IMG/VR virus record: IMGVR_UViG_2799112330_000002
Span: 64,001 to 128,000 of that record
Strand: one strand, 5' to 3'
From: a virus
Taxonomy: Duplodnaviria > Heunggongvirae > Uroviricota > Caudoviricetes
DNA: 64,000 bases
Below are positions 29,077 through 40,411 of the stretch, piece after piece. Both the position numbers and the translations under genes were made by a program. A model generated the notes under the pieces. The model was not told the origin of the DNA and made no database searches. It was given only the letters and a program-made list of their open reading frames with translations. How positions within the stretch are numbered: position 1 is the first letter of the stretch; each line of letters starts with the position of its first letter.

Positions 29077-32000
29077 ATGGCCACAAAACTTTTTACTGGA
29101 GACATTGATAAGAATGTTGATTGGGGCGGTGATCAAGAACATACTCAAGGATTGCCTGTATGTGGTGAAAAGGTCCAGAAATTTATCAAAGATACATTAA
29201 ACCAGAAATTTGGTTCTTTGTATTTTGATAATGAAAAGCTTCCTGAACCATACGCACAATACACTGGAACTAACCAATATATCATATTCTCTGATGATGC
29301 CGATAAAGCTAAATGGTTAAAAGATCCTGTTACTAATGCTGGATTGGTATTAGGTAGATTTGATGCACCAGCACCAGCAAGAATTCTTATTTCTAACCAA
29401 TCACTTATTAGCAATAATATTTTGCTTAATAACATTGGTGCAAGAAATGAAGATACTGGCGTAAGCAATACAACAATCTATTTTGATTACAGCATTGTTG
29501 ATAACTCTGATCAAGTTCAACCATCTCCAATTACTGTAAACATTACTATAAGTAATGCAACTTATGGAAATGTTGTACTATCACCTCAAACTGTTCCATT
29601 TACACCAAAGAAAGATGAAAATGGTGTAGAAGTGGAAGGTGTAGCACATTATGCAAAAGAAATTGGTGAATATCTTAATGAAGGTACAAATATCATTACA
29701 GTTACTGTTCTTTCTAACTTATTCAATGTATCAACAACTTTGATGTATACATTCAATATTTTGGACTTACAGATCAGATCTACATTCAACAACGATTTAG
29801 CTGATGGAGAAGATTCAAACAATGTATATAGAGCATTCAAACCAATTTCTAATCAAAATGAATCATTTACATTTGGTGTTACTGCAATAAGTACAGGGGC
29901 AAAATACCTTAGAGTATTTATTGACGGCAAACCAGTTGATTTAAGAGCTACAGCTACTGCTCAACCTGACAAGAATCTTTATTTGGGAACTGATAGACAA
30001 GTTGATAAGAATGTTATTGTCTATTTGGCTGATCTTGATGCTGACATGAAGACAAATACAAAGCATAGCTTACAGTTCTATTTCTATGCTAATGAAGAAT
30101 CATTAAAGTCTAATACACTTTATTATGATTTTGTATTTACAAATGGAGTTGGTCAAGACTCTAAGGAATTTGTATTGTTTAATAAAGAATTGTCTGCTGG
30201 TAAGATCTTAACATCTACAGAGGAACTATTCAACTTAGATTGCTATCAATATGACAAGATTGAAATTCCTTATGCTGTAGTTAAACAAAATTCTACAAAT
30301 CCATTAACTGTAAACATTAGAGTTATTAATAATGATACAGAGTCAGAGGTATATAAAGAATCTCCAGAAATTGGTTCTGGTAAGAAAGGAGAATTCAGAT
30401 ATACATTCTTGACATCAGGTAATATGTCAGTAATATTTGATGTAAACGGTAATGATGAAACAGCTATTCCATCAAAAGTAGAACCAATGAATTTAGGATT
30501 TACTGAAGTTGTTGATGAGACATTGATGATTAAATTATCTGCAGTAAATAAGAACAATTTGACTAATGCCAATTCTTGGGAACCTGAAATAATCAGCACA
30601 TATATTGAAGAAGCATTCAATGCTGCTGGTGGTGTACAATTTAGTGATAACTTTGCTTGGACTGACAAACAAAACGGTTGGATAGACAATACATTAGTTT
30701 TGAACAATAATACAACCGTTACAATACCAATTAATATTTTTGCACAAAAATCACCTAATGGATTGACATTTGAAATTGATTTTGAAACAAGAAATGTTCA
30801 AGATGATGATGCTATCATTATGAACTATAGTGGTGATACAGAAGCTGTTATAGCTGAAAAGGATGCTTCAGGTGGTAATGCCGGAAAACTTAAGACAACT
30901 GGTATTTTGATCAAAGCATGTGAAGCACAATTTAGGGGATCAGATGTATTGACAACAAACTATAAAGAGAATTCTAGACAAAAGATGCAATTCATTATTG
31001 TTGGTAATAATGATATGAATGCTGGTCTTATGTATATTGTTGTAAATGGTATTCTTGATAGAGTCACTACATTAGATTCAAACCAATTATTCAATGGTCA
31101 ATTGAATGAGTTTGTCATTGGTAATACAAACAATATGGCAGAAACTCGTATACATGGAATTAGAATATATAGTAAAGCATTATCACTTGATCAATGTGTA
31201 AATCATTATATTCTTGACTCTGATAATGTAAAGACTAATTATGACAAAAACAATATCTATGTTGAAAATAGCACAAATATAGATATTGATAATTTATTGA
31301 ATCAGAATATTCCTGTAATGATTATTTATGGAGATATTTCTAATTCAATTGAAGCAAAATTTGATAAGAAGGCAAATGTCCCTGTAGATGTATTATATAG
31401 AGACAACCTTCATCCAGAATTCAATTTCTTTGCTCTTAATGCTTGGATGTCTAATCAAGGTACTTCTTCAATGAACTACCCAAGACGTAATCTGAGACTT
31501 TATTTGAACAAGAAGCCAGATGCAAAGTCAGTTAGAGGATTTGCTCCAGCAACCGCATATCGTTATGAAACTGTTTTCTTGCCTGGATTGAAAAATACAC
31601 AAGAGGTAGAAAATTATATAACTAGGTTACAAGAATGTGTCGTAGATAGTGAACAAATTGATATTATGCCTGATATAGATGCATTAACTACTGATATATT
31701 AAGTGCTGGAAATTGTAAAACTCCAAGATATAATAGTAAGACTCTTAAGAGTAAATATTATGTTGTAGATGCTGATTTAGCTAGAGAATATGTACATGCT
31801 GGTATTAAATTGTATACACGTACATTGGATGAAAATACTGGTAAATATATATACAATAAACTTAAGCCAGCTAATTTCTCTAAAGCCTTCAAGGACAATG
31901 GAACAGTATATGCTCTAGGTGGTTATACCAAGTTCATGACTAAATCATTATATACAGATCGTTGGACATTGAAATGTGACTATGCTGAATCTTCAATGAC

Positions 32001-35000
32001 TCATAATGCTGGTATTGGACGTTTATGGGGAGATGTATTACAAAATACTATAATATCAGGATCTGGATTTACATATAACGTTGATGGTGATAGATTCTCA
32101 ACTGATACTCCTTGTAAGACAAATGCACAAAGAGCAGCTGACAAATATAATGCAGATCATCAAAAAGATAATGATGGCCAAGGATATAAATATGGAGATG
32201 TTCGTACATCATGTGATGGATATCCTATAGTAATATTTAACAAACCAAGAAAGAGAAATGATCAAGGCAAGATTGAACCCGGTAAATTTGATGAAATAAG
32301 ATTTATTGGTCTATATAATATTATGACTGATAAAGGTTCTACTCCTTTGTTCGGATTTGAAACACTTAATGAAGAAGACAAAGGTACTATCTTTGATGGT
32401 GGAACAAATCTTGAAACACAAGAAGTTAAAATTGAAGGTGAAAAGGTAGAAGTAACAGAACATGTCAATCAACGTACAGAATGTTGGGAATGCTTACAAA
32501 ATGGTTCACAACTTGCACAGATGAGTACATTGATTACCGATGAACAAGACGGTTCAACTGCTACAACAAATGAAAACAGATTGATCTGGAACACATATGA
32601 AGCTCGTTGGCCAGACAATGATGATCTTAATGACACTTTGACAAACAATCTTGAAACATTCATCAGATTCATTAACTTCTGTAAGAATGCTGTTTCTGTA
32701 AGAGTTGGTGAAGGAGAAGGAAAGGATGGTTATAACTTATCTGACTATAGCGAAATAGATATAGATACTGCAACATTCTTATTTGATAATAAAAACAATA
32801 AGAGTGCTATTGCAGAAACATATCCTAATTTAGCTAACTGGGATGGAAGACTATTCTTAATTGTTCCTGCTACAAGTTATAAAGACAAGAGCTCTGATTT
32901 CCAAACAACAAATGATGATGGAATACTAGTACCAAGATCTGTTGATGAGATCACTGCAATTATTCAGGCTCAAATGGACAAGGGAAAGAATACAATCTAT
33001 TTCTATCAATCATATGAATCTGGAAATGTAACAGGACAATCATTTGCTCCATTATTTGATGAAAATACTTCTGTAGCTGACAGAGCAGAAGCAATATTCA
33101 CTCAATTAAGTGGTGCACAAAATCAGGTATTTACAGAATCTGTTTCTGATGATCCAAGTGAAATTGATTATGTATTGACAAACCAAGCTCCTGAAATTGG
33201 TAATAACTATGCAATATTTGATAATACTTATGATAGAGCAATCATCAAGAAAGTAATCAGCACAGATACACTTAAAGAAACTGTAAAGACTGCAAGAGTT
33301 GCAACATTTGATGGTAAACGTATTTGGAATGCAAACGACAATCAAGTTAAAGCTGGTTTGAAAGAAGCTGGTGATTTCCGTTATCCAGATGGACAAGCAG
33401 ATGTTACTGTATATCTTACAACTGAAAACGGTAGATTATATTACACAAATGAAATGGGTGAAAAAACCCAATATACTGGTGAATATGAGGATGAAGGATA
33501 TAATGGTAGAACATTGATGGATTACTTCTCTGATAAGAAATATGAGCACTTAGATATCTGGAAGGTAGCAGCATATTATGTATATCTTATGAGATTTGCA
33601 GCTGTTGACCAAGTAATCAAGAATACCATGATGACAACTGAAGATGGTAAGCATTATTATTTCATCAATTATGATAATGATACTATCTTAGGTGTACGTA
33701 ATGACGGTTTCTTGGTATATGACTGGCAGATTGATAGAACAACATATGATGAGTCATTAGGATCTTATGCTTATGCAGGATTTGGTTCTGTACTTTGGAA
33801 CCTACTAGAGCAAGATGCGGACTTCATGGATAAAGTACAAACTGTAGCAAATGCTATGGTTACTTCAAATGCCTTGACATATGCTATTGCTTTGGATATG
33901 TTCAATGTTAAGCAATCTGGAACATGGTGTGAAAGACTTTATAACAGATCACAAGACTACAAATATCTTTCAATCTACAATAATGAATATGGAGACCAAA
34001 AGAGAGTAGGTAATGATAGATTCTTAGGCTTCTTACAAGGTTCAAGAAGATCTCATAGAGAATGGTGGTTAAGACATAGATTTGATCTATATGATTCAAA
34101 ATGGAGAGCTGGTGAGTATGCTCAATCATTCTTAACAGTATACATGCAAATTGATGGATCAACAGAAAAACCATTCCTTGATATTGAGGCAGCATCTAAA
34201 TATTACTTCACTGTTCTATCAAATGGACGTCTATATGGGAATAACTTTGTAGAATTGAATGCTGGAGACAAACATACATTTGTTGCACCTCGTGGAACTG
34301 GTACTACAATTGGTGACCCACCACAACTTTTAGGTGCTCATAAATGTAGAGTAATTGACTTTAGTCCTTACCGTGACATGCTATCTGGTGTAATGAGTTT
34401 TGACTGGACATCTGATATGTCAATGGTACAAGAAATTATATTAGGAGGTACTACACCTGAAGCTGGTCAACCTAACGGCGCTGCTAATTGTGGTGTAACA
34501 AATATCAATAACCTCCAAAACGTAATTTCATTACAGAAATTAGACATTAGAACATGTAAGAAGCTTGTTACAACTAACTTGCCATTTGATCAACTTCCTA
34601 ACTTGAAGGTTCTATATGCTGATTCATCAATCATCACTTCATTTGTAGGAGCAAAATCAAATATTTATGAAGAAATAACTTTACCAAGTGCTTCATTACA
34701 AACACTTAAGTTAGAAGAAAATGAAATCACAACAAGATTCAAGTATCAACCAACTTCTACACTTAAGAACTTGTCATTAAAATATGTAAAGGGTATTGAT
34801 ATTCCTCATCTATTATTTGACTGGTATAAGTCTATTGTAACTACAACTACATCTGAAACATTCAATGGATATACATGTACAATTACGCTTAATAATAATG
34901 AAGTATTAGACTTACCAAAATACATTGGTGCTTCTGATATGGCAACTGAAGCTGATGACAGCCCATCTGTTATATTAGTTGATCTTGAAACAGTTAGAAA

Positions 35001-38000
35001 CTTATCAGAAGAACAACGTATAGTATTAGGTGGTCAAGATGATTATGAAAAGGCTGTTAATTACTGGAAGCAACAAGTTTCATTAAATCCTGATAAAGAT
35101 GTAAGACTACATTCAATGATTTGGCTTGTAGCTATGAGAAGAGCATTTGGTACTAATTCATCAGGTAAGCATAACTTTGATTTTGTTGATAATGCAATCA
35201 TCAAACTTTGGGGTTCTACTAATAGTACAATTGCTAAGGAAGATGGTAAGTTGACAGAAGAAGACTATAACTTACTTATTGATGAGTCATTGTTTGGTCC
35301 TTCATATATGGCATCTACCTCAAGTGTAAGATTTGAAGCTGCATGTACTTCACAAGTAACATTCATTTCTATTGTAGAGGATGGAAAGATCATACAGCCA
35401 ACTCAAGAAATGAACCGTAATGTATATCGTCTTAATTCAGGATCTACTGCAAATATTGTTACAACAATATTCCCAATGGGTGGAAATGAAACACTCGTAT
35501 TTGCACCTTCATTATGCGGTGGTACTGGCGGATGGAATATAATCAATGGTTCATTCCAACCATCAGAAATTGATGGACAAATAGTATATACAAGAATAGG
35601 TAATATTGCTGGAGAAAATAGTGCTTCAGTTTTGACAAATAGATCACAAGGTGCAGAATTGTATATTGGTGAATTTATTGGATCACAATCAGATACTACA
35701 GTTAATATGCAAGTTTCTGTTATGACAAAGACTGGAAATGAACAACCTAATCCTACAGGTAATATTATTTATCTTTCTATTAATAAGATCATTCCGCCAT
35801 TAAATGAACAAATAGTTATTGAAGATGATAATCAGCAAGTCGTAAGTAATATTACAATAACTAAAGCTCAAAAATATACATATAGTATATATTATGATTT
35901 AGGAGTTGATAATACATTAGAGTTCATTAATCTAAAAGTTAGAAATATTAGTATTGGATATGATCTATCAGGATCAGGTATTACATTAGATCAAATAGGT
36001 CTTATTGGTACATTTACTCCACATCCTAATACAGAAAAACTTGTGGTTGAAAACAATAGAATCAAACTTGGTACTATTGAGTATGATGCAAAAATACATA
36101 AAGCAAATGTATCATTTATTACTAATATAACTATTGATTATGAAACTGTATTGAATAATCAAAATAATGCCGCATCATTAAGATTTGAGGTACAAAATAA
36201 CCCAATTGATGAAATTGATATTGAATTTAATGAGGAACTTCTTGAAAGAACTTCTTATAGTTATTCTGACTTAGAAACAAAACTTGTTGAAAATGGAATT
36301 AATTATATCAATTATCAAGGTATATTAGATCTAATTGGAAGTGATTATGCACAAAATATCAATTATATTGAGTTAACTCAATACTTACAAGAATCAGATA
36401 GCATTAATTATGACTATAATTTGAAGTTTGATAAAGATGACGGATATAACATTGATATTAAATCAGTTAATGTAACAGATGTATCTGGATTACTTAACGC
36501 AAATGTCATTTTGAATAACAGAAATGCCTTTACAGAAAACAAGTTCACTTTACAGTTTAATGATAATAAGTTCTCTTCAATATATATGGGTTATATCTTA
36601 GTAACATTAACTGATGAATTTGATAGAATAACATATCTTGTAATTAGATATGATGTTGGTATGCTATACCCAGATCAATATGTTATCTATAAGCAAGATT
36701 CATATGACAATGTTGGAGACATTACTGATACAACTGCTAAATATGTTATAAGCAATACTGGTAATATATCAAATACAATATTAGATACATATGTATTAAA
36801 TGAATTGAATTCAGAAAATGCATTAAAACAAAAAAATATTAGATATACAATTAAGATTGCTTCATTTGTAGATGGTATTACTAAAGAATGGGAAAGCATT
36901 GATAATATTAATCATAAAGCTATTAAAGACTATTTGTCTAAATTTGAATTAAGATATAGTGATGACACATTAATAATTAATGATAATTCTTCACAATCAG
37001 ATAATCAGTGGAATAATAGTGATACAACTACTATCAAATATGTACATATAGAAGGTCAAGATGATGCTATTTACATAGATGGTATAAAGACTGGATTTGT
37101 ATTTAATTTAGTTACTAAATATGACAAAGGAGTAAATAAACCTGATAGTATACATATTGATATTATAAAAACATTATCTGGTTCAACATCTGAATTTAAA
37201 TATTGTTATTATACCAATATATACAAAGTAATGGCAAAATATATCAATGGAGAAACCCCAACACAACCAGGAGTATATGTATTTGACAATAAACTCAATT
37301 TATATGACACAAGTGTTGAGGTAAGCCAAACAATTGGTCGTTCATATGAAGGTGTATGCATTGCGGTTGAAGTTGGTGATGATATTGTTACATACACAAT
37401 TGATAAAGATTGTTTCAGTAATGATAATAAGAAAGTATTCTTCAATCCTGGATCAAAATTTGCTCAAGCTATAACTACTCATCCAACAACAGGTTCTCCA
37501 AGTATACCTCGTATAATAACATTTGATCATTCAAATTCTGCCCAACATTATCTTAATACATTAATGCCATGTATAACTGATATTGAAAATCCATCAATTT
37601 CAGCAAATGTAAATAATAGGGAATGGAATCAAGACTGGTTTATGAGAGGCTATATTATGTTATGGATTATGATATGTTATCTAAATAATGATAATATTAA
37701 TGGTTTATATACAATATTGGATAATGGTTATATAAATATGAATACAGATAATAGTTTAGATAAAAGATATGTTAAATTTAATGATAGTAATAAATATGCA
37801 TGGGATAGAGATAATTTATCTGTAGTAATAAATGAGGTCATTAATCCACATATATATGAACTTATCAATGAAAATAAACTTTATGAATATATCTATAACT
37901 GGTATTGCTTTGTTTCTACAATGTTTACACTGGCCGACAATAATAATCAAAGAATGATTAATGGGCAAAAGGATGATATTAATATAATTATATCTTCTGT

Positions 38001-38781
38001 ATCATCATTAAAATCAATAGCAAATGGATCAATTCTTGGTTATGATAGCACAAATTCAATTGAAGAAATCACAGAGAATACAACGTTAGATGTTCTTTAT
38101 AAACTATTTGCATATAAGAAATATATGAAGAACAATAATGCAAGAACAAAATTTGTTCAAACTAATTCAATTATTGGTCTTCATGATAAATATGCAAACA
38201 ATATGGGTACAAATACTATTATCTATAATAAAGAACAAATATTCAATTTATATCAAATAATAGGAGATATACAATCTGATCTTAGTGCAGCTATCAGTAA
38301 GTTTGGTGATAATAACATATATAATATAAATAATTTATTCTATAACGCAACTAATACAGAAGGCGATAAATTAAGTAAGTATTTGAATAATTATCATACT
38401 ATAACTAATGATAGACCTGCTCTAAAATCAATGAATAGCGCTTATATAGCTGAAATTGCCGATAGTAAGTATAGAAATAGTACATCACCTATTGTTTCAA
38501 CTGAAGAAAGTGATTATAAAGTATATTGGACAGAAGATTCATTATTGAATTATGGCTATCCTAATGGAGATACTCTTTACATAAATGAATATGAAATGAT
38601 ATGTAATGAAGGATTGGTTGGACTTGGTGCTTGGTTATTCTATACTGGAACAAGCGGAGTAAGTGCTATGCAACTTGTAGATAATTATACAATATCTGGT
38701 GAAGGAAAAGTAATAAATAACTTACCAGTAAATAATAACTATAAATTATCTGTAATATATGGTCCTGAATTAAAGGGATAA
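29077..38781 (+). CDS. giant (3234 aa) putative virion/tail protein with LamG-like, CotH-kinase-like and LRR regions
   Basis: IRIYSKALS; QGTSSMNYPRRN, TLKCDYAESS, DGYPI, FIGLYN, YDNDTILG; LxxLxL repeats. Confidence 0.75.
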   Translation: MATKLFTGDIDKNVDWGGDQEHTQGLPVCGEKVQKFIKDTLNQKFGSLYFDNEKLPEPYAQYTGTNQYIIFSDDADKAKWLKDPVTNAGLVLGRFDAPAPARILISNQSLISNNILLNNIGARNEDTGVSNTTIYFDYSIVDNSDQVQPSPITVNITISNATYGNVVLSPQTVPFTPKKDENGVEVEGVAHYAKEIGEYLNEGTNIITVTVLSNLFNVSTTLMYTFNILDLQIRSTFNNDLADGEDSNNVYRAFKPISNQNESFTFGVTAISTGAKYLRVFIDGKPVDLRATATAQPDKNLYLGTDRQVDKNVIVYLADLDADMKTNTKHSLQFYFYANEESLKSNTLYYDFVFTNGVGQDSKEFVLFNKELSAGKILTSTEELFNLDCYQYDKIEIPYAVVKQNSTNPLTVNIRVINNDTESEVYKESPEIGSGKKGEFRYTFLTSGNMSVIFDVNGNDETAIPSKVEPMNLGFTEVVDETLMIKLSAVNKNNLTNANSWEPEIISTYIEEAFNAAGGVQFSDNFAWTDKQNGWIDNTLVLNNNTTVTIPINIFAQKSPNGLTFEIDFETRNVQDDDAIIMNYSGDTEAVIAEKDASGGNAGKLKTTGILIKACEAQFRGSDVLTTNYKENSRQKMQFIIVGNNDMNAGLMYIVVNGILDRVTTLDSNQLFNGQLNEFVIGNTNNMAETRIHGIRIYSKALSLDQCVNHYILDSDNVKTNYDKNNIYVENSTNIDIDNLLNQNIPVMIIYGDISNSIEAKFDKKANVPVDVLYRDNLHPEFNFFALNAWMSNQGTSSMNYPRRNLRLYLNKKPDAKSVRGFAPATAYRYETVFLPGLKNTQEVENYITRLQECVVDSEQIDIMPDIDALTTDILSAGNCKTPRYNSKTLKSKYYVVDADLAREYVHAGIKLYTRTLDENTGKYIYNKLKPANFSKAFKDNGTVYALGGYTKFMTKSLYTDRWTLKCDYAESSMTHNAGIGRLWGDVLQNTIISGSGFTYNVDGDRFSTDTPCKTNAQRAADKYNADHQKDNDGQGYKYGDVRTSCDGYPIVIFNKPRKRNDQGKIEPGKFDEIRFIGLYNIMTDKGSTPLFGFETLNEEDKGTIFDGGTNLETQEVKIEGEKVEVTEHVNQRTECWECLQNGSQLAQMSTLITDEQDGSTATTNENRLIWNTYEARWPDNDDLNDTLTNNLETFIRFINFCKNAVSVRVGEGEGKDGYNLSDYSEIDIDTATFLFDNKNNKSAIAETYPNLANWDGRLFLIVPATSYKDKSSDFQTTNDDGILVPRSVDEITAIIQAQMDKGKNTIYFYQSYESGNVTGQSFAPLFDENTSVADRAEAIFTQLSGAQNQVFTESVSDDPSEIDYVLTNQAPEIGNNYAIFDNTYDRAIIKKVISTDTLKETVKTARVATFDGKRIWNANDNQVKAGLKEAGDFRYPDGQADVTVYLTTENGRLYYTNEMGEKTQYTGEYEDEGYNGRTLMDYFSDKKYEHLDIWKVAAYYVYLMRFAAVDQVIKNTMMTTEDGKHYYFINYDNDTILGVRNDGFLVYDWQIDRTTYDESLGSYAYAGFGSVLWNLLEQDADFMDKVQTVANAMVTSNALTYAIALDMFNVKQSGTWCERLYNRSQDYKYLSIYNNEYGDQKRVGNDRFLGFLQGSRRSHREWWLRHRFDLYDSKWRAGEYAQSFLTVYMQIDGSTEKPFLDIEAASKYYFTVLSNGRLYGNNFVELNAGDKHTFVAPRGTGTTIGDPPQLLGAHKCRVIDFSPYRDMLSGVMSFDWTSDMSMVQEIILGGTTPEAGQPNGAANCGVTNINNLQNVISLQKLDIRTCKKLVTTNLPFDQLPNLKVLYADSSIITSFVGAKSNIYEEITLPSASLQTLKLEENEITTRFKYQPTSTLKNLSLKYVKGIDIPHLLFDWYKSIVTTTTSETFNGYTCTITLNNNEVLDLPKYIGASDMATEADDSPSVILVDLETVRNLSEEQRIVLGGQDDYEKAVNYWKQQVSLNPDKDVRLHSMIWLVAMRRAFGTNSSGKHNFDFVDNAIIKLWGSTNSTIAKEDGKLTEEDYNLLIDESLFGPSYMASTSSVRFEAACTSQVTFISIVEDGKIIQPTQEMNRNVYRLNSGSTANIVTTIFPMGGNETLVFAPSLCGGTGGWNIINGSFQPSEIDGQIVYTRIGNIAGENSASVLTNRSQGAELYIGEFIGSQSDTTVNMQVSVMTKTGNEQPNPTGNIIYLSINKIIPPLNEQIVIEDDNQQVVSNITITKAQKYTYSIYYDLGVDNTLEFINLKVRNISIGYDLSGSGITLDQIGLIGTFTPHPNTEKLVVENNRIKLGTIEYDAKIHKANVSFITNITIDYETVLNNQNNAASLRFEVQNNPIDEIDIEFNEELLERTSYSYSDLETKLVENGINYINYQGILDLIGSDYAQNINYIELTQYLQESDSINYDYNLKFDKDDGYNIDIKSVNVTDVSGLLNANVILNNRNAFTENKFTLQFNDNKFSSIYMGYILVTLTDEFDRITYLVIRYDVGMLYPDQYVIYKQDSYDNVGDITDTTAKYVISNTGNISNTILDTYVLNELNSENALKQKNIRYTIKIASFVDGITKEWESIDNINHKAIKDYLSKFELRYSDDTLIINDNSSQSDNQWNNSDTTTIKYVHIEGQDDAIYIDGIKTGFVFNLVTKYDKGVNKPDSIHIDIIKTLSGSTSEFKYCYYTNIYKVMAKYINGETPTQPGVYVFDNKLNLYDTSVEVSQTIGRSYEGVCIAVEVGDDIVTYTIDKDCFSNDNKKVFFNPGSKFAQAITTHPTTGSPSIPRIITFDHSNSAQHYLNTLMPCITDIENPSISANVNNREWNQDWFMRGYIMLWIMICYLNNDNINGLYTILDNGYINMNTDNSLDKRYVKFNDSNKYAWDRDNLSVVINEVINPHIYELINENKLYEYIYNWYCFVSTMFTLADNNNQRMINGQKDDINIIISSVSSLKSIANGSILGYDSTNSIEEITENTTLDVLYKLFAYKKYMKNNNARTKFVQTNSIIGLHDKYANNMGTNTIIYNKEQIFNLYQIIGDIQSDLSAAISKFGDNNIYNINNLFYNATNTEGDKLSKYLNNYHTITNDRPALKSMNSAYIAEIADSKYRNSTSPIVSTEESDYKVYWTEDSLLNYGYPNGDTLYINEYEMICNEGLVGLGAWLFYTGTSGVSAMQLVDNYTISGEGKVINNLPVNNNYKLSVIYGPELKG

Positions 38782-38788
38782 GATGACA

Positions 38789-38819
38789 AAATGTTAGGGA
38801 ACTTAGTTCCCTAACATTT
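38789..38819. terminator. intrinsic terminator hairpin
   Basis: AAATGTTAGGGAAC-TTA-GTTCCCTAACATTT. Confidence 0.8.
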
Positions 38820-38863
38820 ACAATATTTATTAAGAAAAAAATAAACATTATAATAATTTCATT

Positions 38864-39349
38864 ATGAATAAAATTTTTATAGAAACAGGAAGTTTTAACA
38901 AGTATATTCCATTATCACAAATCAAAAATGGTAAATATAAAATTTCTTGGGAATTAGAAGAAATTAATTCAGGAATGTATAAGTGGAAATATACAATTGT
39001 TGATAGCAAGCCATCATTATCATTTGTAAAAACATTAATTGAAGATAGCATTAATAATGATATTAAAAATGTTATTGTAAATGGTTTTTATTGGAATGAC
39101 ATGCATATTTATCTTACTGTTGAGCATCAATTAGACTATAAGTTATTATATGATTCTACAATGATACTTGATGGTACTAACTTACCAGAGAATGCAAGAT
39201 TTGAAGTAAATGGTAAACCAATTATCTATAAGTTCAAATCAATTGATGATCTACAGGATTTCATTTTATGTATGAATGAACATATTAGAAAATGCATTAA
39301 TGCTGGTTATGAAAGAAAAGAAAAGATAATATATTCTGACTATGAATAA
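38864..39349 (+). CDS. tail-fibre-associated hypothetical protein (DUF4376-like)
   Basis: KPSL...NGFYW...YLTVEHQLDY, downstream of the giant tail gene. Confidence 0.55.
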   Translation: MNKIFIETGSFNKYIPLSQIKNGKYKISWELEEINSGMYKWKYTIVDSKPSLSFVKTLIEDSINNDIKNVIVNGFYWNDMHIYLTVEHQLDYKLLYDSTMILDGTNLPENARFEVNGKPIIYKFKSIDDLQDFILCMNEHIRKCINAGYERKEKIIYSDYE

Positions 39350-39382
39350 ACAACAAGAAAGGTAGTATTTTATACTACCTTT

Positions 39383-39604
39383 TTATATTTGTGCAAGAAT
39401 ACGATTACATTCATCAAATATTTCTAAAGCATTATTTCTTATATTGAAAACATTTGTCCGATCCATAAAATTCTGATCATTTTTTGTTTGTTGATTTTCA
39501 GATATTCTATTCTCTAATGATTTCTTAGATACCATATTGTTAAATGCTATAGACAAATTCATTAAGTTATTTCGTAGTTTATCTATTTCATACTGAGTTA
39601 TCAT
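39383..39604 (-). CDS. hypothetical protein
   Basis: own minus-strand TTATTTTTA motif (39627-39635) and shared bidirectional hairpin at ~39358-39385. Confidence 0.55.
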   Translation of the reverse strand: MITQYEIDKLRNNLMNLSIAFNNMVSKKSLENRISENQQTKNDQNFMDRTNVFNIRNNALEIFDECNRILAQI

Positions 39605-39691
39605 AGTGTTAAACCTATATTTTTATTAAAAATAATTTTTTTTATTTTTAATTATATAAAATATACATAGAGCATATACATATATTATAAT

Positions 39692-40411
39692 ATGGGGAAT
39701 AGTTATAGTAATTCAGTGAAGACATCTGAATTGGCAAGAATAACTAATATTAACATCATTGAAGGTCTTGAAGATCAGTTTTGGATTCCTGTAGCTTATT
39801 ATAACAGTTTGACTAATTCATATAACAATTTAGCCATAAATCTATCTGCTATATTAAGTTACAGTAATTCTTATTCATATAACCTATTCTCATATGAACT
39901 ACAAAACATAGCTTATTATATTATAGATAACAATGATGTAAGCTATAGTTATGTTGAGCCTTATGATATAGATTATGATCAAATATATAATGTTTGCTAT
40001 ACGTATATAAATAGTGTCTATTCAGAAAAGCTGGCATATCTTATAGCAAATCAAAGACAGAAAACATCTTCTTCCTCAGCAATGAGATCAAATTCAAAGA
40101 AGATTTCTGAATTGACTGCAAGAGATGTAATTACTTATCATAAAGATCATTCTTGGTTCCCTGTTGCTCAATATGATTCACGAATTAATTCTTATGTCAA
40201 TCTAGCAATGAATCTTGAATCTATTACTTCATATTCTATCAATACTGTCAAGGATGACTATAAAGACTTAGAATCATTAAAGGGATTGGCATATTCATAT
40301 AATGATAGTTCAGAAATAGCATATGTCATCAATAATTCAAATATAGCTAACAATATAGTCTCATATGCTTTTGCATATAACAAAGACTATTTTGAATGGC
40401 AATTCTTATAA
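39692..40411 (+). CDS. putative tail/fibre structural protein with internal duplication
   Basis: KTSEL...WIPVAYY...NLAINL and KISEL...WFPVAQY...NLAMNL. Confidence 0.6.
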   Translation: MGNSYSNSVKTSELARITNINIIEGLEDQFWIPVAYYNSLTNSYNNLAINLSAILSYSNSYSYNLFSYELQNIAYYIIDNNDVSYSYVEPYDIDYDQIYNVCYTYINSVYSEKLAYLIANQRQKTSSSSAMRSNSKKISELTARDVITYHKDHSWFPVAQYDSRINSYVNLAMNLESITSYSINTVKDDYKDLESLKGLAYSYNDSSEIAYVINNSNIANNIVSYAFAYNKDYFEWQFL

